Positions 21,508 to 31,787 of a stretch of 64,000 nucleotides of DNA are shown piece by piece (positions within the stretch are counted from its first letter, which is position 1; each line of letters starts with the position of its first letter). The stretch is from the NCBI GenBank assembly GCA_016700335.1, contig CP065014.1, forward strand, positions 2,309,479 through 2,373,478. Direction: 5' to 3'. The position numbers and the translations under genes are program-made. Origin of the DNA: Chlorobiota bacterium (GTDB taxonomy: Bacteria > Bacteroidota > Ignavibacteria > OLB7). The notes beneath the pieces were generated by a model that did no database searches, was not told the DNA's origin, and saw only the letters and a program-made list of their open reading frames with translations.

Positions 21508-22155
21508 TTAATTCTGAACTATATTTTTTTTCCAAAGTTTGGTTGCGAATTCTTTATAAACTTTTAATCCTTCATTAAACGATTTATCGAATTTGAATTC
21601 CCCACCTTCTGACTTCATACAATTTAAATAGACTTTACTTCTACCTCGAATGGTATATTTTTGAGTACCTTGATACATAATTATTTTCATATCAGTTGGG
21701 CTTACATCACCATGGCACACAGTATTATACATTATCCATATCTCGCCAATTCCATCTTTGTTTAAATCTGTTACTTGGAATGTATTTTTGATAAATTTAG
21801 CATCTAAATCTACCGGGCAATCGTTAATAAAATCATAAACTTTCCAGGTTTTGTTAACTGAATCGTTGTTCAAAAGAAAATGATAAGCAAACAACTCTGC
21901 ATCTTGACCACCATTTTCATGTTTAAATTTTTCGTTATAATAAATTCCACTCTCTGTTAGAATAACAATGTTATCACCTAATTTATCAGTAAACTTAAAT
22001 GCTTTTTTAAAAACACCTTCATACTTTACTTTTTCTGATATTTGAGATGAATCGAGTTTTGTTAATCTAATTCTAACTTGTCCAAATGAAACAGATGAGA
22101 TAGAGATTAAAAAAATAAGTAGTAGAAATTTTTTGGAGATTTTATTTTTAATCAA
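21508..22155 (-). CDS. Hypothetical secreted protein
   Basis: Signal peptide only. Confidence 0.4.
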   Translation of the reverse strand: MIKNKISKKFLLLIFLISISSVSFGQVRIRLTKLDSSQISEKVKYEGVFKKAFKFTDKLGDNIVILTESGIYYNEKFKHENGGQDAELFAYHFLLNNDSVNKTWKVYDFINDCPVDLDAKFIKNTFQVTDLNKDGIGEIWIMYNTVCHGDVSPTDMKIIMYQGTQKYTIRGRSKVYLNCMKSEGGEFKFDKSFNEGLKVYKEFATKLWKKNIVQN

Positions 22156-22249
22156 TTTTAAAATTAGAATATTAAATAATTTTTTTGATTTTGATGAGTT
22201 AATTTACAATGCTAAATAAGTTTTATATGACTATAAATTAAACAATTGA

Positions 22250-23080
22250 TTATTCAACATTAACTGGGAAAGGCTTACAATTACAAGCTCCAGTTAAAGC
22301 CAAAGCACTCTTCTTAGCCAAATCAATTGTTTTATATGGTCCTGTAATCAAAGCATACATTTTTTTCCCTTCCACCATTTTAGGCAAAGCTTCTAACCTT
22401 AAATCAGGAAATGTTTCCATAACTTTATCCATTGCTTTTTCTGCTAAATCTTTTGATGGAAATACTCCCAATTGCAAAGCAATACCAGTAATAAAATCCT
22501 TTTTTGATTTTACTTCTTTAGTATCAGTATTAGGTTTAGTTTCTTTTTTATCAGCAGTTGTTATAGCTTTATCGGTGTTTGGGGTTTGTGATGTTGTTCC
22601 TAAGTTAACATCTGGTTTTGCATTCTTAATTGGTAATGCTAAATCTCCTTTCCAAGATACAATTGAATTTATTGCAGATTCTGCAGCCTTTAAATTAGCT
22701 GATGATGGGAATCGTTCTTTTAGCAAACCTAACCATGTAAATGCTGATAATGAATCTTTGTTTTCTGTATGCCTACGAACTAATTGATAAAGTGCTCTTT
22801 CTGTGAATGTTCCATTTGGCTCTAATGCTATAATTCTTTCGTACAAAGATATTGCCCTTGCATCTGGTGTCATTTGTGCTCTTGTGTAAAGAACACTTAC
22901 ACTGTAAGGAGCTTTTTTCTTTAAAGGTTCGATTAACACATATGCGCTATCTTTTTTACCCGATTCATAAAGTTTTAAAATCGTTTTACAATCGTTATCG
23001 TAATTTTGTGCACTCAATTTGTTTAGCGTACTAATTGATAATATTATTGTGAATAAAATTATTAATTTCTCGATTTTCAT
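22250..23080 (-). CDS. SPOR domain-containing protein with TPR-like N-terminal region
   Basis: C-terminal about 75 aa (ALQLGVFPSKDLAEKAMDKV...ALITGPY) matches the SPOR peptidoglycan-binding fold pattern. Signal peptide present. Confidence 0.6.
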   Translation of the reverse strand: MKIEKLIILFTIILSISTLNKLSAQNYDNDCKTILKLYESGKKDSAYVLIEPLKKKAPYSVSVLYTRAQMTPDARAISLYERIIALEPNGTFTERALYQLVRRHTENKDSLSAFTWLGLLKERFPSSANLKAAESAINSIVSWKGDLALPIKNAKPDVNLGTTSQTPNTDKAITTADKKETKPNTDTKEVKSKKDFITGIALQLGVFPSKDLAEKAMDKVMETFPDLRLEALPKMVEGKKMYALITGPYKTIDLAKKSALALTGACNCKPFPVNVE

Positions 23081-23323
23081 TTTAAATTCTAATTAAATTT
23101 TTGTTGTTAATTTTTTTTTAAACTCATTTTCTAGGACTTCATACATCTATAACTGTTTAATACGCATAACTTTTTTATTGTTACTATATTAAATGATTTT
23201 ATAAATGATAATATCATTTAAAATGTATCCACAAAAATTATGTTTGTTAAATTCATTTAAGTTGTATAAAATTTTCAACAAATATACATCTCTAATTTTC
23301 TAAAAAAACAACTTAACTATTAA

Positions 23324-23866
23324 ATGTTACCTTCATCAATTAGTATAAATGATAAAAAGGCAAAATTTATAATTTATTCTTTATCTGTAATCGTCTTTTT
23401 AACTGTTGCTCTTTTAGGAAGAACAAAAATTAATTCTCCTTTTTCATTTGATATACATTTACTTTCAACTATTAATGCAATTATAAATTCTTCAGTTTCT
23501 TTATTACTTGTTTGTGCTTTAATTTCTGTAAAGAAAAAAAATTATATTCTCCATAAAAAGTTGATGCTTTCATGTGTAATCCTATCTTCACTTTTTTTAA
23601 TCTTTTATATTATGTATCATTTATTTGCAATTGAAACAAAATATGGTGGTGAAGGTACTATGAAATACATTTATTACTTCATATTATCAACCCATATAAT
23701 TTTAGCTGCTATTATATTACCTTTTATTTTATTTACTACTTATAGAGGATTAACAGGTGAATATGACAAACACTCAAAACTTGCAAGGAAAACATTCCCT
23801 ATATGGTTGTATGTAACTATTTCTGGAGTTGTTGTTTACTTATTTATTAGTCCATATTATTCATAG
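23324..23866 (+). CDS. DUF420 family membrane protein (CtaM-like)
   Basis: Four-TM, 180-aa protein with a conserved HKKxM motif region, as in DUF420. Confidence 0.55.
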   Translation: MLPSSISINDKKAKFIIYSLSVIVFLTVALLGRTKINSPFSFDIHLLSTINAIINSSVSLLLVCALISVKKKNYILHKKLMLSCVILSSLFLIFYIMYHLFAIETKYGGEGTMKYIYYFILSTHIILAAIILPFILFTTYRGLTGEYDKHSKLARKTFPIWLYVTISGVVVYLFISPYYS

Positions 23867-23913
23867 TTTAATATTATTTACAATTAACTATTATTTTTTT
23901 TATTTAAATTGAT

Positions 23914-26900
23914 TTGGAAAGTTATAAAATTCAGATAACATGGATTGCATCTGAAGCCTCAAGAAACTCATTATTATGTAGCGTGAATTCAGAGTTAGAT
24001 TTGAATTTTAATTTAAATACTAACATACTTTTCTTCGCTTCAAATAGATTACCATATTCAAATTTTGAACTTCAAGAATCATTTTCAAAATCTAATATTA
24101 TAATAATATCTCATATAATTTTAGATGAAGAAGTAAAGGTTGTACTCGAGAACTTGAAATATTTAAAAAAGAATTGTACAATTGTAGTTGTCTCTTCTTC
24201 TTCTGAGTTAATGAGGTTAACTAGACTTGGCACTTTTGAGATGAGTGCTTATGTTAAAGACAAAAATGAAGAATTTGATTCACCTAAAGTTGAACCGAAG
24301 ATTAAAACAATCTTAAAAGCCTTAACTGGGAATCTCGATATTGCGCCATACCTAAAGGATATTATGGTTTTAGCCCCAAAACTTTTGAAATTATTACCAA
24401 TAAAAAAAGCTACTGATATTAGAAGATACATTGAATGCTATTTGTATATGATTGAGCAATCAAAAGAAAATATTTGCTCTATGATTTTAATGTTAACAGA
24501 TATTTATTCTGATAATTACAAAGGTTTATTTAAAAATAAATATTCCAAACCAATTCTATATCCACAAGATGGTATATATCACCCAGCCTCAGAAATTATT
24601 TTTACAAATCAATCAGATTATCTAAATTTTACAAAAACTAAATTTGATAAATATGTTGGTTTAATCCTTTTAAGAGGTAGCGTTATATCTTCAGATACTA
24701 TTGTTATTGACTCACTTATTGATGGCTTTGAAAGTCGTGGAATAGGTGTTATACCAGCATTTTCGAGCTCATTTGATTACAGAATTGCAATAGAAAAATA
24801 TATTTTATTTGATGACAATATTAAAGTCGATGCCTTAATATCTTTAACAGGATTTCCTTTAGTTGGTGGTCATGTTCAAAGTGATATAGAAAGTTCTTCA
24901 AAGTCATTATCAAGTTATAATCTTCCATATTATTCACCTTTAAGTCTTTTATTTCAAACTATAAATGAATGGCAAAATTCAGATTATGGATTGTCTCCAG
25001 TTCAAACTGCTTTACATGTTTCTTTACCAGAACTTGATGGAGCTATTGAGCCAATTGTTTTAGGTGGAATTTCAGACTTTAAATCTAGTGCAACAATTTC
25101 TAAAAGATTAGATCTTTTTGTTGAAAGAGTAATAAAAAGAATTGACCTAAAGTATAAAATAAATTTTGATAAAAAAATTGCTATAACAATTTTTTCTTTT
25201 CCACCAAACAAAGGAACAGTTGGTACGGCAGCTTATCTGGATGTTTTTGATAGTTTGATTAATACACTTTTAAAATTAAAAGAAGAAGGTTATGATGTTG
25301 ATCTTCCTTTAAGTAAAGATCAAATTATTAATGATATAATTTCAGGTTCAGATAAATTAGCCTCAGTTGAAACTGCTGAACTTAATGTTGCAGATTCGAT
25401 GTCAGTAAATCAATATGTTGAATTTGCTGGTAAGCAGATAATTGATAGGGTTTCAGCTCTTTGGGGAAATCCTCCTGGCAACTTAAATACTAATGGAATA
25501 AGAATAAATATTTTTGGGAAATATTATGGGAAAATATTTGTAGGAGTTCAACCCTCATTTGGGTATGAAGGTGACCCAATGAGGTTATTGTTTGCAAAAG
25601 GTGCATCACCTCATCATGGATTTTTAGCATATTATTTATGGATAGAAAATGTTTATAAAGCTGATGCCCATATACATTTTGGAACACACGGTGCATTAGA
25701 ATTTATGCCTGGAAAACAAGTTGGTTTAAGTGAAAATTGCTTTCCTGATATAATGATTAACACACTCCCAAATTTTTATTTATACGCCCTAAATAATCCA
25801 AGTGAAGCAACTATTGCCAAAAGAAGATCTTTAGCAAGTATTGTAAGCTATAATACTCCACCGTTAGAGTTTGCAGGACTTTACAGAGAATTAAATTCAT
25901 TGAAAGAAATAATTTCAAACTATAGAGAATTTGAATTTGATGTTAAGAAATCAAAACAAATTTTTGAGTTGATTATAATAAAATCTGAAGATCTAAATCT
26001 AACTAGTGATATTGGATTTATAGATATTGATGCAGATAGTACTGAAATTGATCTTTATGTATCTAAACTATATTCCACTCTTGCTGAAATAGAAACTAGA
26101 CTCATACCAGCAGGCTTACATACAATTGGTAAATCAAAAACTATTAATGAAGTAATAGATTTGTTAATGGCAATTTCAGAATATGATAGGCCTGAAATTA
26201 ATATTGATTCATTAGTAATTCAAATTTCGAATTTATTTGATATAGATTATTTGTTTTTACAAAACAACCTGCAAGCAAGCAATTATAAGGCAGTGAATAA
26301 AATTGCATTTGTAAAAAATATTTGTAGAGAAGTTTTAAATGAACTTTTATTAAGTGATTCAAATACTGCTTTATTGAAATTAAAATCTTTTACAAATAAA
26401 AAATTTTCCCATAAAACATTTTTAAATATTTTCAAATACCTAAAAAAAGTTTCAGTTAATGCCACAACCGATAATGAGTTAAGCTCATTAATTTCGGTAA
26501 TGAACTCAGGTTATACTCCACCTGCAAAAGGTGGTGATCCTGTTAGAAGCCCTGATGTACTTCCTTCTGGAAGAAATATTCATGCTCTAGATCCAGCAGG
26601 AGTTCCATCAGCAATTGCTGTAAGAAATGCTAGAAAAGTGGTTGAGATAATGTTAAATAAAAATATCGAACTTACAGGTAAATACCCTGAAAGTATTGGT
26701 ATGATTTTATGGGGATTAGATAATATAAAAACTCATGGTGAGGCTATTGCTCAAGCTTTTATTCTTATAGGTGTAGAACCAAAACCTAATTCATTTGGTA
26801 GAATTTCAAGATTAAAAGTTATCCCTTTAAATGAATTAAACAGACCAAGAATTGATGTAACTATTGAAGCTAGTGGAATTTTCAGAGATATATTTGGAAT

Positions 26901-27750
26901 TCAAATTCATTTATTAGATGAAGCAATTAAGCTAGTTGCTAATTTGGATGAACCTTTAGATGAAAATTTTGTTCGTAAAAGATCTTTAGAAATATCCGAT
27001 GAATTAAGTTTAGATTTTGATACTGCCTCAAGCAGAATTTTCTCTAATGCTCCTGGAGCTTACGGTACAAATGTTGAATATGCTGTTGGTCTTTCTGCAT
27101 GGAAGACACAAGAAAATTTAGCAGATGTATTTGTAAAACGAAAATCTTTTCTTTATGGTAAAAATATTAATGGTGAGTTAAATGATAATCTTTTAAAGTC
27201 GCTTGCTAAAGGAATTGATACAACATTTCAAAATCTAGATTCAAGTGAAGTTGGAATTACAGATGTTGATCATTATTTTGAATATCTTGGTGGACTTACA
27301 AACTTGGTTGCAACTCAACGTGAAGGGAAAAAACCAATCTCTTTGGTAGCCGATACAACAACTTCAAACCCTAAAGTTCGAACACTTGAGAATACTATTA
27401 GGCTTGAAGCTAGAACAAAAATTCTAAACCCAAAATGGTATTCATCTATGATTAAACATGGATATCAAGGAGTTGAGGAAATTAGAAAAAGATTTGATTA
27501 TACATACGGATTTAGCGCGACTGCACAAGCAGTTGAAAGCTGGGTTTATGATGAAGTTTTCAATATTTATTTTAGAGATATTGAAATGAGTAATAATATG
27601 CAAAATTTAAATATTCACTCTTACAATTTATTTTCAAATAGATTGTTAGAAAGTTATAATAGAGGTTATTGGAAGGCTACACAAATGCAATTAGATAAAT
27701 TGCAAAAATTAAATGAAGAAATAGAAGATAAACTTGAGGGGATTTTATAA
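23914..27750 (+). CDS. CobN/magnesium-chelatase large-subunit family protein (HmuS-like)
   Basis: 1278 aa. Conserved CobN motifs HFGTHGALEFMPGKQVGLSENCFPD and GGDPVRSPDVLPSGRNIHALDP. TTG start. No CobS/CobT or ChlI/ChlD partners in the window. Confidence 0.85.
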   Translation: MESYKIQITWIASEASRNSLLCSVNSELDLNFNLNTNILFFASNRLPYSNFELQESFSKSNIIIISHIILDEEVKVVLENLKYLKKNCTIVVVSSSSELMRLTRLGTFEMSAYVKDKNEEFDSPKVEPKIKTILKALTGNLDIAPYLKDIMVLAPKLLKLLPIKKATDIRRYIECYLYMIEQSKENICSMILMLTDIYSDNYKGLFKNKYSKPILYPQDGIYHPASEIIFTNQSDYLNFTKTKFDKYVGLILLRGSVISSDTIVIDSLIDGFESRGIGVIPAFSSSFDYRIAIEKYILFDDNIKVDALISLTGFPLVGGHVQSDIESSSKSLSSYNLPYYSPLSLLFQTINEWQNSDYGLSPVQTALHVSLPELDGAIEPIVLGGISDFKSSATISKRLDLFVERVIKRIDLKYKINFDKKIAITIFSFPPNKGTVGTAAYLDVFDSLINTLLKLKEEGYDVDLPLSKDQIINDIISGSDKLASVETAELNVADSMSVNQYVEFAGKQIIDRVSALWGNPPGNLNTNGIRINIFGKYYGKIFVGVQPSFGYEGDPMRLLFAKGASPHHGFLAYYLWIENVYKADAHIHFGTHGALEFMPGKQVGLSENCFPDIMINTLPNFYLYALNNPSEATIAKRRSLASIVSYNTPPLEFAGLYRELNSLKEIISNYREFEFDVKKSKQIFELIIIKSEDLNLTSDIGFIDIDADSTEIDLYVSKLYSTLAEIETRLIPAGLHTIGKSKTINEVIDLLMAISEYDRPEINIDSLVIQISNLFDIDYLFLQNNLQASNYKAVNKIAFVKNICREVLNELLLSDSNTALLKLKSFTNKKFSHKTFLNIFKYLKKVSVNATTDNELSSLISVMNSGYTPPAKGGDPVRSPDVLPSGRNIHALDPAGVPSAIAVRNARKVVEIMLNKNIELTGKYPESIGMILWGLDNIKTHGEAIAQAFILIGVEPKPNSFGRISRLKVIPLNELNRPRIDVTIEASGIFRDIFGIQIHLLDEAIKLVANLDEPLDENFVRKRSLEISDELSLDFDTASSRIFSNAPGAYGTNVEYAVGLSAWKTQENLADVFVKRKSFLYGKNINGELNDNLLKSLAKGIDTTFQNLDSSEVGITDVDHYFEYLGGLTNLVATQREGKKPISLVADTTTSNPKVRTLENTIRLEARTKILNPKWYSSMIKHGYQGVEEIRKRFDYTYGFSATAQAVESWVYDEVFNIYFRDIEMSNNMQNLNIHSYNLFSNRLLESYNRGYWKATQMQLDKLQKLNEEIEDKLEGIL

Positions 27751-27837
27751 AATATGTTTTTTTTTATTAAATAATAAACCAAACTTTCATTCTAATAATT
27801 TATATAGTTTCAACTCTAATTTGAATGAAATATTTTA

Positions 27838-28578
27838 TTAATCAATAGAATATTTTTCTCTAATAAAAGTTGATAACTCACCCCAATCTACAATTGGAGC
27901 TAACCCATTTAAATCAATATGGCTACATAATGACGGGATTGGGCTAACTAAAATTCGTTTTGGAAATTTATAAAAATATTTTTTTTGACCAAGTAAATAC
28001 CTCCATAAAATTCTGTCCTCTGGTATATCAAGAATTGAAATTGAATAGAATTTTTTTTTATCTTTTTTAAATGTTGAAACTCTTGCTCCAAATGTCATAC
28101 ATGTTGATTCGCATGTTCTCCAATGTAAATTTATTGTAATAAAGATTTTACACTTTCCTCCTAATGAATCATCTTTACGTATATATCTATCAGAATGATC
28201 AAATAAAGTTATATAATCAACATTTGGTAATTCCTTAAAAGCTAACAACATGTTTTTAAAAGCTTCAGGTTTGTAGAGATAATCATCTTCTGCAAAATAA
28301 ACTAAATCAGAATCTGATAAATTTAGAGCTAAATTAAGGGCTTCTCTAAAAGATGGGCTATTTCCTAAACTGGGTAAAGAGATAATATCACCGTACTTTT
28401 TCATAACTTCAATTTTATCATCCTGTATTGGTCCATCATTCATAAAAATTAATTTAACTTCTTCATCAATCATCAAAACAGAATCTATAAAACTATATAA
28501 GCAAACTAATTTACTATAAAAATCAGGTCTATTTTTTAAATTTTCTCCACCATAAGATCTGTAAATAATATGAAGCAT
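27838..28578 (-). CDS. Hypothetical protein, possibly a nucleotide-diphospho-sugar transferase-like fold
   Basis: About 246 aa. DxD-like motif (FAEDDYLY). No secure family assignment. 10-nt gap from the upstream M20 gene suggests co-transcription. Confidence 0.3.
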   Translation of the reverse strand: MLHIIYRSYGGENLKNRPDFYSKLVCLYSFIDSVLMIDEEVKLIFMNDGPIQDDKIEVMKKYGDIISLPSLGNSPSFREALNLALNLSDSDLVYFAEDDYLYKPEAFKNMLLAFKELPNVDYITLFDHSDRYIRKDDSLGGKCKIFITINLHWRTCESTCMTFGARVSTFKKDKKKFYSISILDIPEDRILWRYLLGQKKYFYKFPKRILVSPIPSLCSHIDLNGLAPIVDWGELSTFIREKYSID

Positions 28579-28588
28579 ATAACTAAAT

Positions 28589-29779
28589 TTAAGATTGAAG
28601 AAATTTGTAAGCTGAATAAGCCATCATGGCACTTCCTTTTGTAAGAATACTTTCATTGATATCAAATTTTGAATTATGCAAACCTGCAATACAGCCTTCT
28701 TCCTGTGTTCCAGCACCTATCCACCAAAAGCTTCCAGGAATTGCTTGCAAATAAAAAGCAAAATCTTCAGCCCCCATCATCGGTTCAGCATCAAAAACAT
28801 TTTCATTCCCAAATATTTCCAGTGCTACTGATTTTACAAATTTAGTAGATTCAATGTTATTGTTTAATGCTGGGTACCCTAACCTAATTTCTAAATCATA
28901 ACTTGCTCCATTCCCATCACAAACCCCCTTAATAATATCTTCAATTCTCTTATGAGTGTTGGTTCGCCAAACCTCATCCATTGCCCTTAAAGTTCCACAT
29001 AATTTAACTTCATCTGGAATTATATTTGTTGCACTTCCTCCTTCAATCTTTCCAATAGTTAATACACCTGGTTTGAATGGATTGATAGTTCTTGATATAA
29101 TTTTTTGTAATGCTACAACAACTTCGCAAGCAGTTATAATGGGGTCTATTGATGTATGTGGCATTGCTGCATGGCCACTTTTACCTTTAATTGTTATGTA
29201 AATCTCATCGGCACTTGCTAACATCATTCCTGGATAAAATCCTAATTTACCAGCTGGAACAAAGGGTGCAACATGCTGACCAAAAATTGCATCAACTCCA
29301 TTTAATGCTCCTTCTTTCATCATTACTCCTGCCCCACCAGGTAGTAATTCTTCACTTGGTTGAAAAATAAATTTTACAGTTCCACTTAATTCTTCTCTGA
29401 ATTCTGAAAGTATAATAGCTGCTCCAATCAACATTGTTGTATGTGAATCATGACCGCAGGCATGCATTTTTCCAGGGTTCTTAGATTGAAATGGAAGCCC
29501 TGTAAGTTCTTGAATTGGTAAAGCATCCATATCACCTCTTAATGCTACACATTTGGAATTTTCGTTTGATAAACCCCCTTTTAAAGTTCCAATTACACCA
29601 GTTTTTGCAATACCTGAAATAAATTCTATATCAACTTCAGATAATGATTTTGCAGCAAGTTTTGATGTTTCATATTCTTCGAATGCTAACTCAGGGTTTG
29701 CATGAAGAGTTCTCCTAATTTCAATTAACTTTCCTTCAATTTTATTTGCTGCATCAATGAATTTAATTGGATCTAACAT
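28589..29779 (-). CDS. M20D family amidohydrolase (N-acyl-amino-acid amidohydrolase/hippurate hydrolase-like)
   Basis: HANPELAFEE..., MHACGHDSHT, and a dimerisation insert, typical of peptidase M20D. Confidence 0.85.
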   Translation of the reverse strand: MLDPIKFIDAANKIEGKLIEIRRTLHANPELAFEEYETSKLAAKSLSEVDIEFISGIAKTGVIGTLKGGLSNENSKCVALRGDMDALPIQELTGLPFQSKNPGKMHACGHDSHTTMLIGAAIILSEFREELSGTVKFIFQPSEELLPGGAGVMMKEGALNGVDAIFGQHVAPFVPAGKLGFYPGMMLASADEIYITIKGKSGHAAMPHTSIDPIITACEVVVALQKIISRTINPFKPGVLTIGKIEGGSATNIIPDEVKLCGTLRAMDEVWRTNTHKRIEDIIKGVCDGNGASYDLEIRLGYPALNNNIESTKFVKSVALEIFGNENVFDAEPMMGAEDFAFYLQAIPGSFWWIGAGTQEEGCIAGLHNSKFDINESILTKGSAMMAYSAYKFLQS

Positions 29780-29899
29780 TATATTTTCGTTAATTATTAT
29801 GAAGTATTTATAAAAAAAAACTATTGAAAAATTCTAAAATCAATTTTTATAAATCAAGAATCTAATTAAAATAAAATTAGAAATAAATGTAAATAAAAA

Positions 29900-30736
29900 T
29901 TATCTTTTAGAACTAATTTTACCTCGAACTCCACTATATGAAGTTAAAGAGCCATCAATAGAACCTATAATAACTTTAGTACTTACTTTAACAGGCATTT
30001 TAGCTTCATCTGCAGTCAAATAAATTAGTATTTTTCCATCAGCTTTAAAGAGCCCACCTTCAACAACCATAGGTTCAATTACATAGCATTCAAATTTCCC
30101 AGCTGGTACATCAACAATTTCTGTTCCTAGCATTCTCACTTTCAAATCATAATGTTGCTTCCCAAAAAAGTTATACAACATAAAGCTCTGACCTTTTTTC
30201 ATTTTTTTTAAATCAATAATTCTAGTGTAGAAAAATGCACTTAATACATCTTGCACATATTGAGGTACAGAAAATGAACCTTCAGTAGTTTTTGCAATTT
30301 TGTTTTTGTGATCTAAAATAGCACTAAAATCCCTTGAATAAGATCCTTCTCGAACAGTTTGTTCAAACCTCCATGGGAATATGCCAGAAGTATCAATATA
30401 TGTTTGATATAAGTCTCGAACTTTAAATAACTTGTCCATTGTAGGATTAGTTCTTGTTTCAAATTTGACATTATAGCAAGGTCTTTTAGCAACAACAGTT
30501 GTTTGAGGAGCAATAGAAATAATAGTTTTACCAGCAGTTATAAATTTATAACCTAAATCAAATACTAACTTTTCACCTAAACCAAATGATGTATTCGTTG
30601 TAACCCGCATAGGAACTTCATCTGGCTGTGGATTTGCATCTATTTCATTTATTCGACCTAATAGTAAGAATGTTAGGAACAAACCAACTGTAAGTGGTAT
30701 GAAATAGTTCACAATATATCTTTGATATTTTTTCAT
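29900..30736 (-). CDS. Membrane-anchored hypothetical protein (possibly DUF3108-like)
   Basis: N-terminal TM/signal anchor. Beta-rich sequence. Confidence 0.35.
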   Translation of the reverse strand: MKKYQRYIVNYFIPLTVGLFLTFLLLGRINEIDANPQPDEVPMRVTTNTSFGLGEKLVFDLGYKFITAGKTIISIAPQTTVVAKRPCYNVKFETRTNPTMDKLFKVRDLYQTYIDTSGIFPWRFEQTVREGSYSRDFSAILDHKNKIAKTTEGSFSVPQYVQDVLSAFFYTRIIDLKKMKKGQSFMLYNFFGKQHYDLKVRMLGTEIVDVPAGKFECYVIEPMVVEGGLFKADGKILIYLTADEAKMPVKVSTKVIIGSIDGSLTSYSGVRGKISSKR

Positions 30737-30942
30737 AATTTTATTTTTTGAAATAAGAATTTTTATCTCAAATTAATGACACTAAAAAATAGTTTTGAGT
30801 TTATTCACTAATTTAAATTTGGTTTATAAAATTAATTATTCTATATTTTTAATTTAAGCGATTAGAAAAAAAGTAATATTAATACTAATTTTTTTAATTC
30901 AAAAATTATCAAGTTATAAATTAACTTTTATGAAATTGAAAG

Positions 30943-31722
30943 TTATACTTGATGAAATTTATTTTTAGCTTCATTCCATAAATTATCCATTTCTTCTAAT
31001 GAGCTTTCAGAAATTGATTTACCTTGTTGTTTAATTTTATCTTCAATATACTTAAACCTACTTATAAACTTATTTGTTGTTTTGTGTAATGCCTCTTCTG
31101 GTAATATATTTAGAAACCTAGAATAATTTACTAATGAAAACAGCAAATCACCAAATTCATTTTTAGTTTTTTCAAAATCATTATTGTTTAGTTCAACTTC
31201 AAATTCATTTAATTCTTCCTTTACTTTTTTCCAAACATCTTTTTTATTCTCCCAATCAAATCCAACCTTTGATGCTTTTTCTTGAACCCGCTCTGCTCTT
31301 TGTAAAGCAGGCATTGTTAATGGCATTCCATCAAAAATTGAATTTCGCCCTTCCTTCATTTTAAGCTGTTCCCAATTTGCTTTTACTTCATTGGAATCCT
31401 TTACAACTTTATCTCCAAATACATGAGGATGCCTTTGAACAAGTTTTGAAGAAATAAATTTTACAACATCATTAAATGTAAATGACTTCCTCTGCTCAGC
31501 AATCATAGAATGCATTAACACGTGAAGTAAAATATCCCCAAGTTCTTTTTTAAGCTCTAAATCATTTTCACAATCAATTGCTTCTTTAACTTCGTATGCT
31601 TCCTCAATCAATAAATGAGAAATAGATTTGTGAGTTTGTTCACGATCCCATGGGCATTCTGATCTTAATATTTTTACTATATTTACTAAATCCTCAAATG
31701 TATCTTGACGAGGTATTTCCAT
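30943..31722 (-). CDS. mazG: Nucleoside triphosphate pyrophosphohydrolase MazG
   Basis: Tandem MazG domains with EExxELxEAI and hHxxxRHPHVFG motifs. Confidence 0.85.
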   Translation of the reverse strand: MEIPRQDTFEDLVNIVKILRSECPWDREQTHKSISHLLIEEAYEVKEAIDCENDLELKKELGDILLHVLMHSMIAEQRKSFTFNDVVKFISSKLVQRHPHVFGDKVVKDSNEVKANWEQLKMKEGRNSIFDGMPLTMPALQRAERVQEKASKVGFDWENKKDVWKKVKEELNEFEVELNNNDFEKTKNEFGDLLFSLVNYSRFLNILPEEALHKTTNKFISRFKYIEDKIKQQGKSISESSLEEMDNLWNEAKNKFHQV

Positions 31723-31787
31723 TTTCTAAATACTTTTTTATTAATAAAATATCTATATAAATAAGATTGGAGTAAAATAAATCGAAT

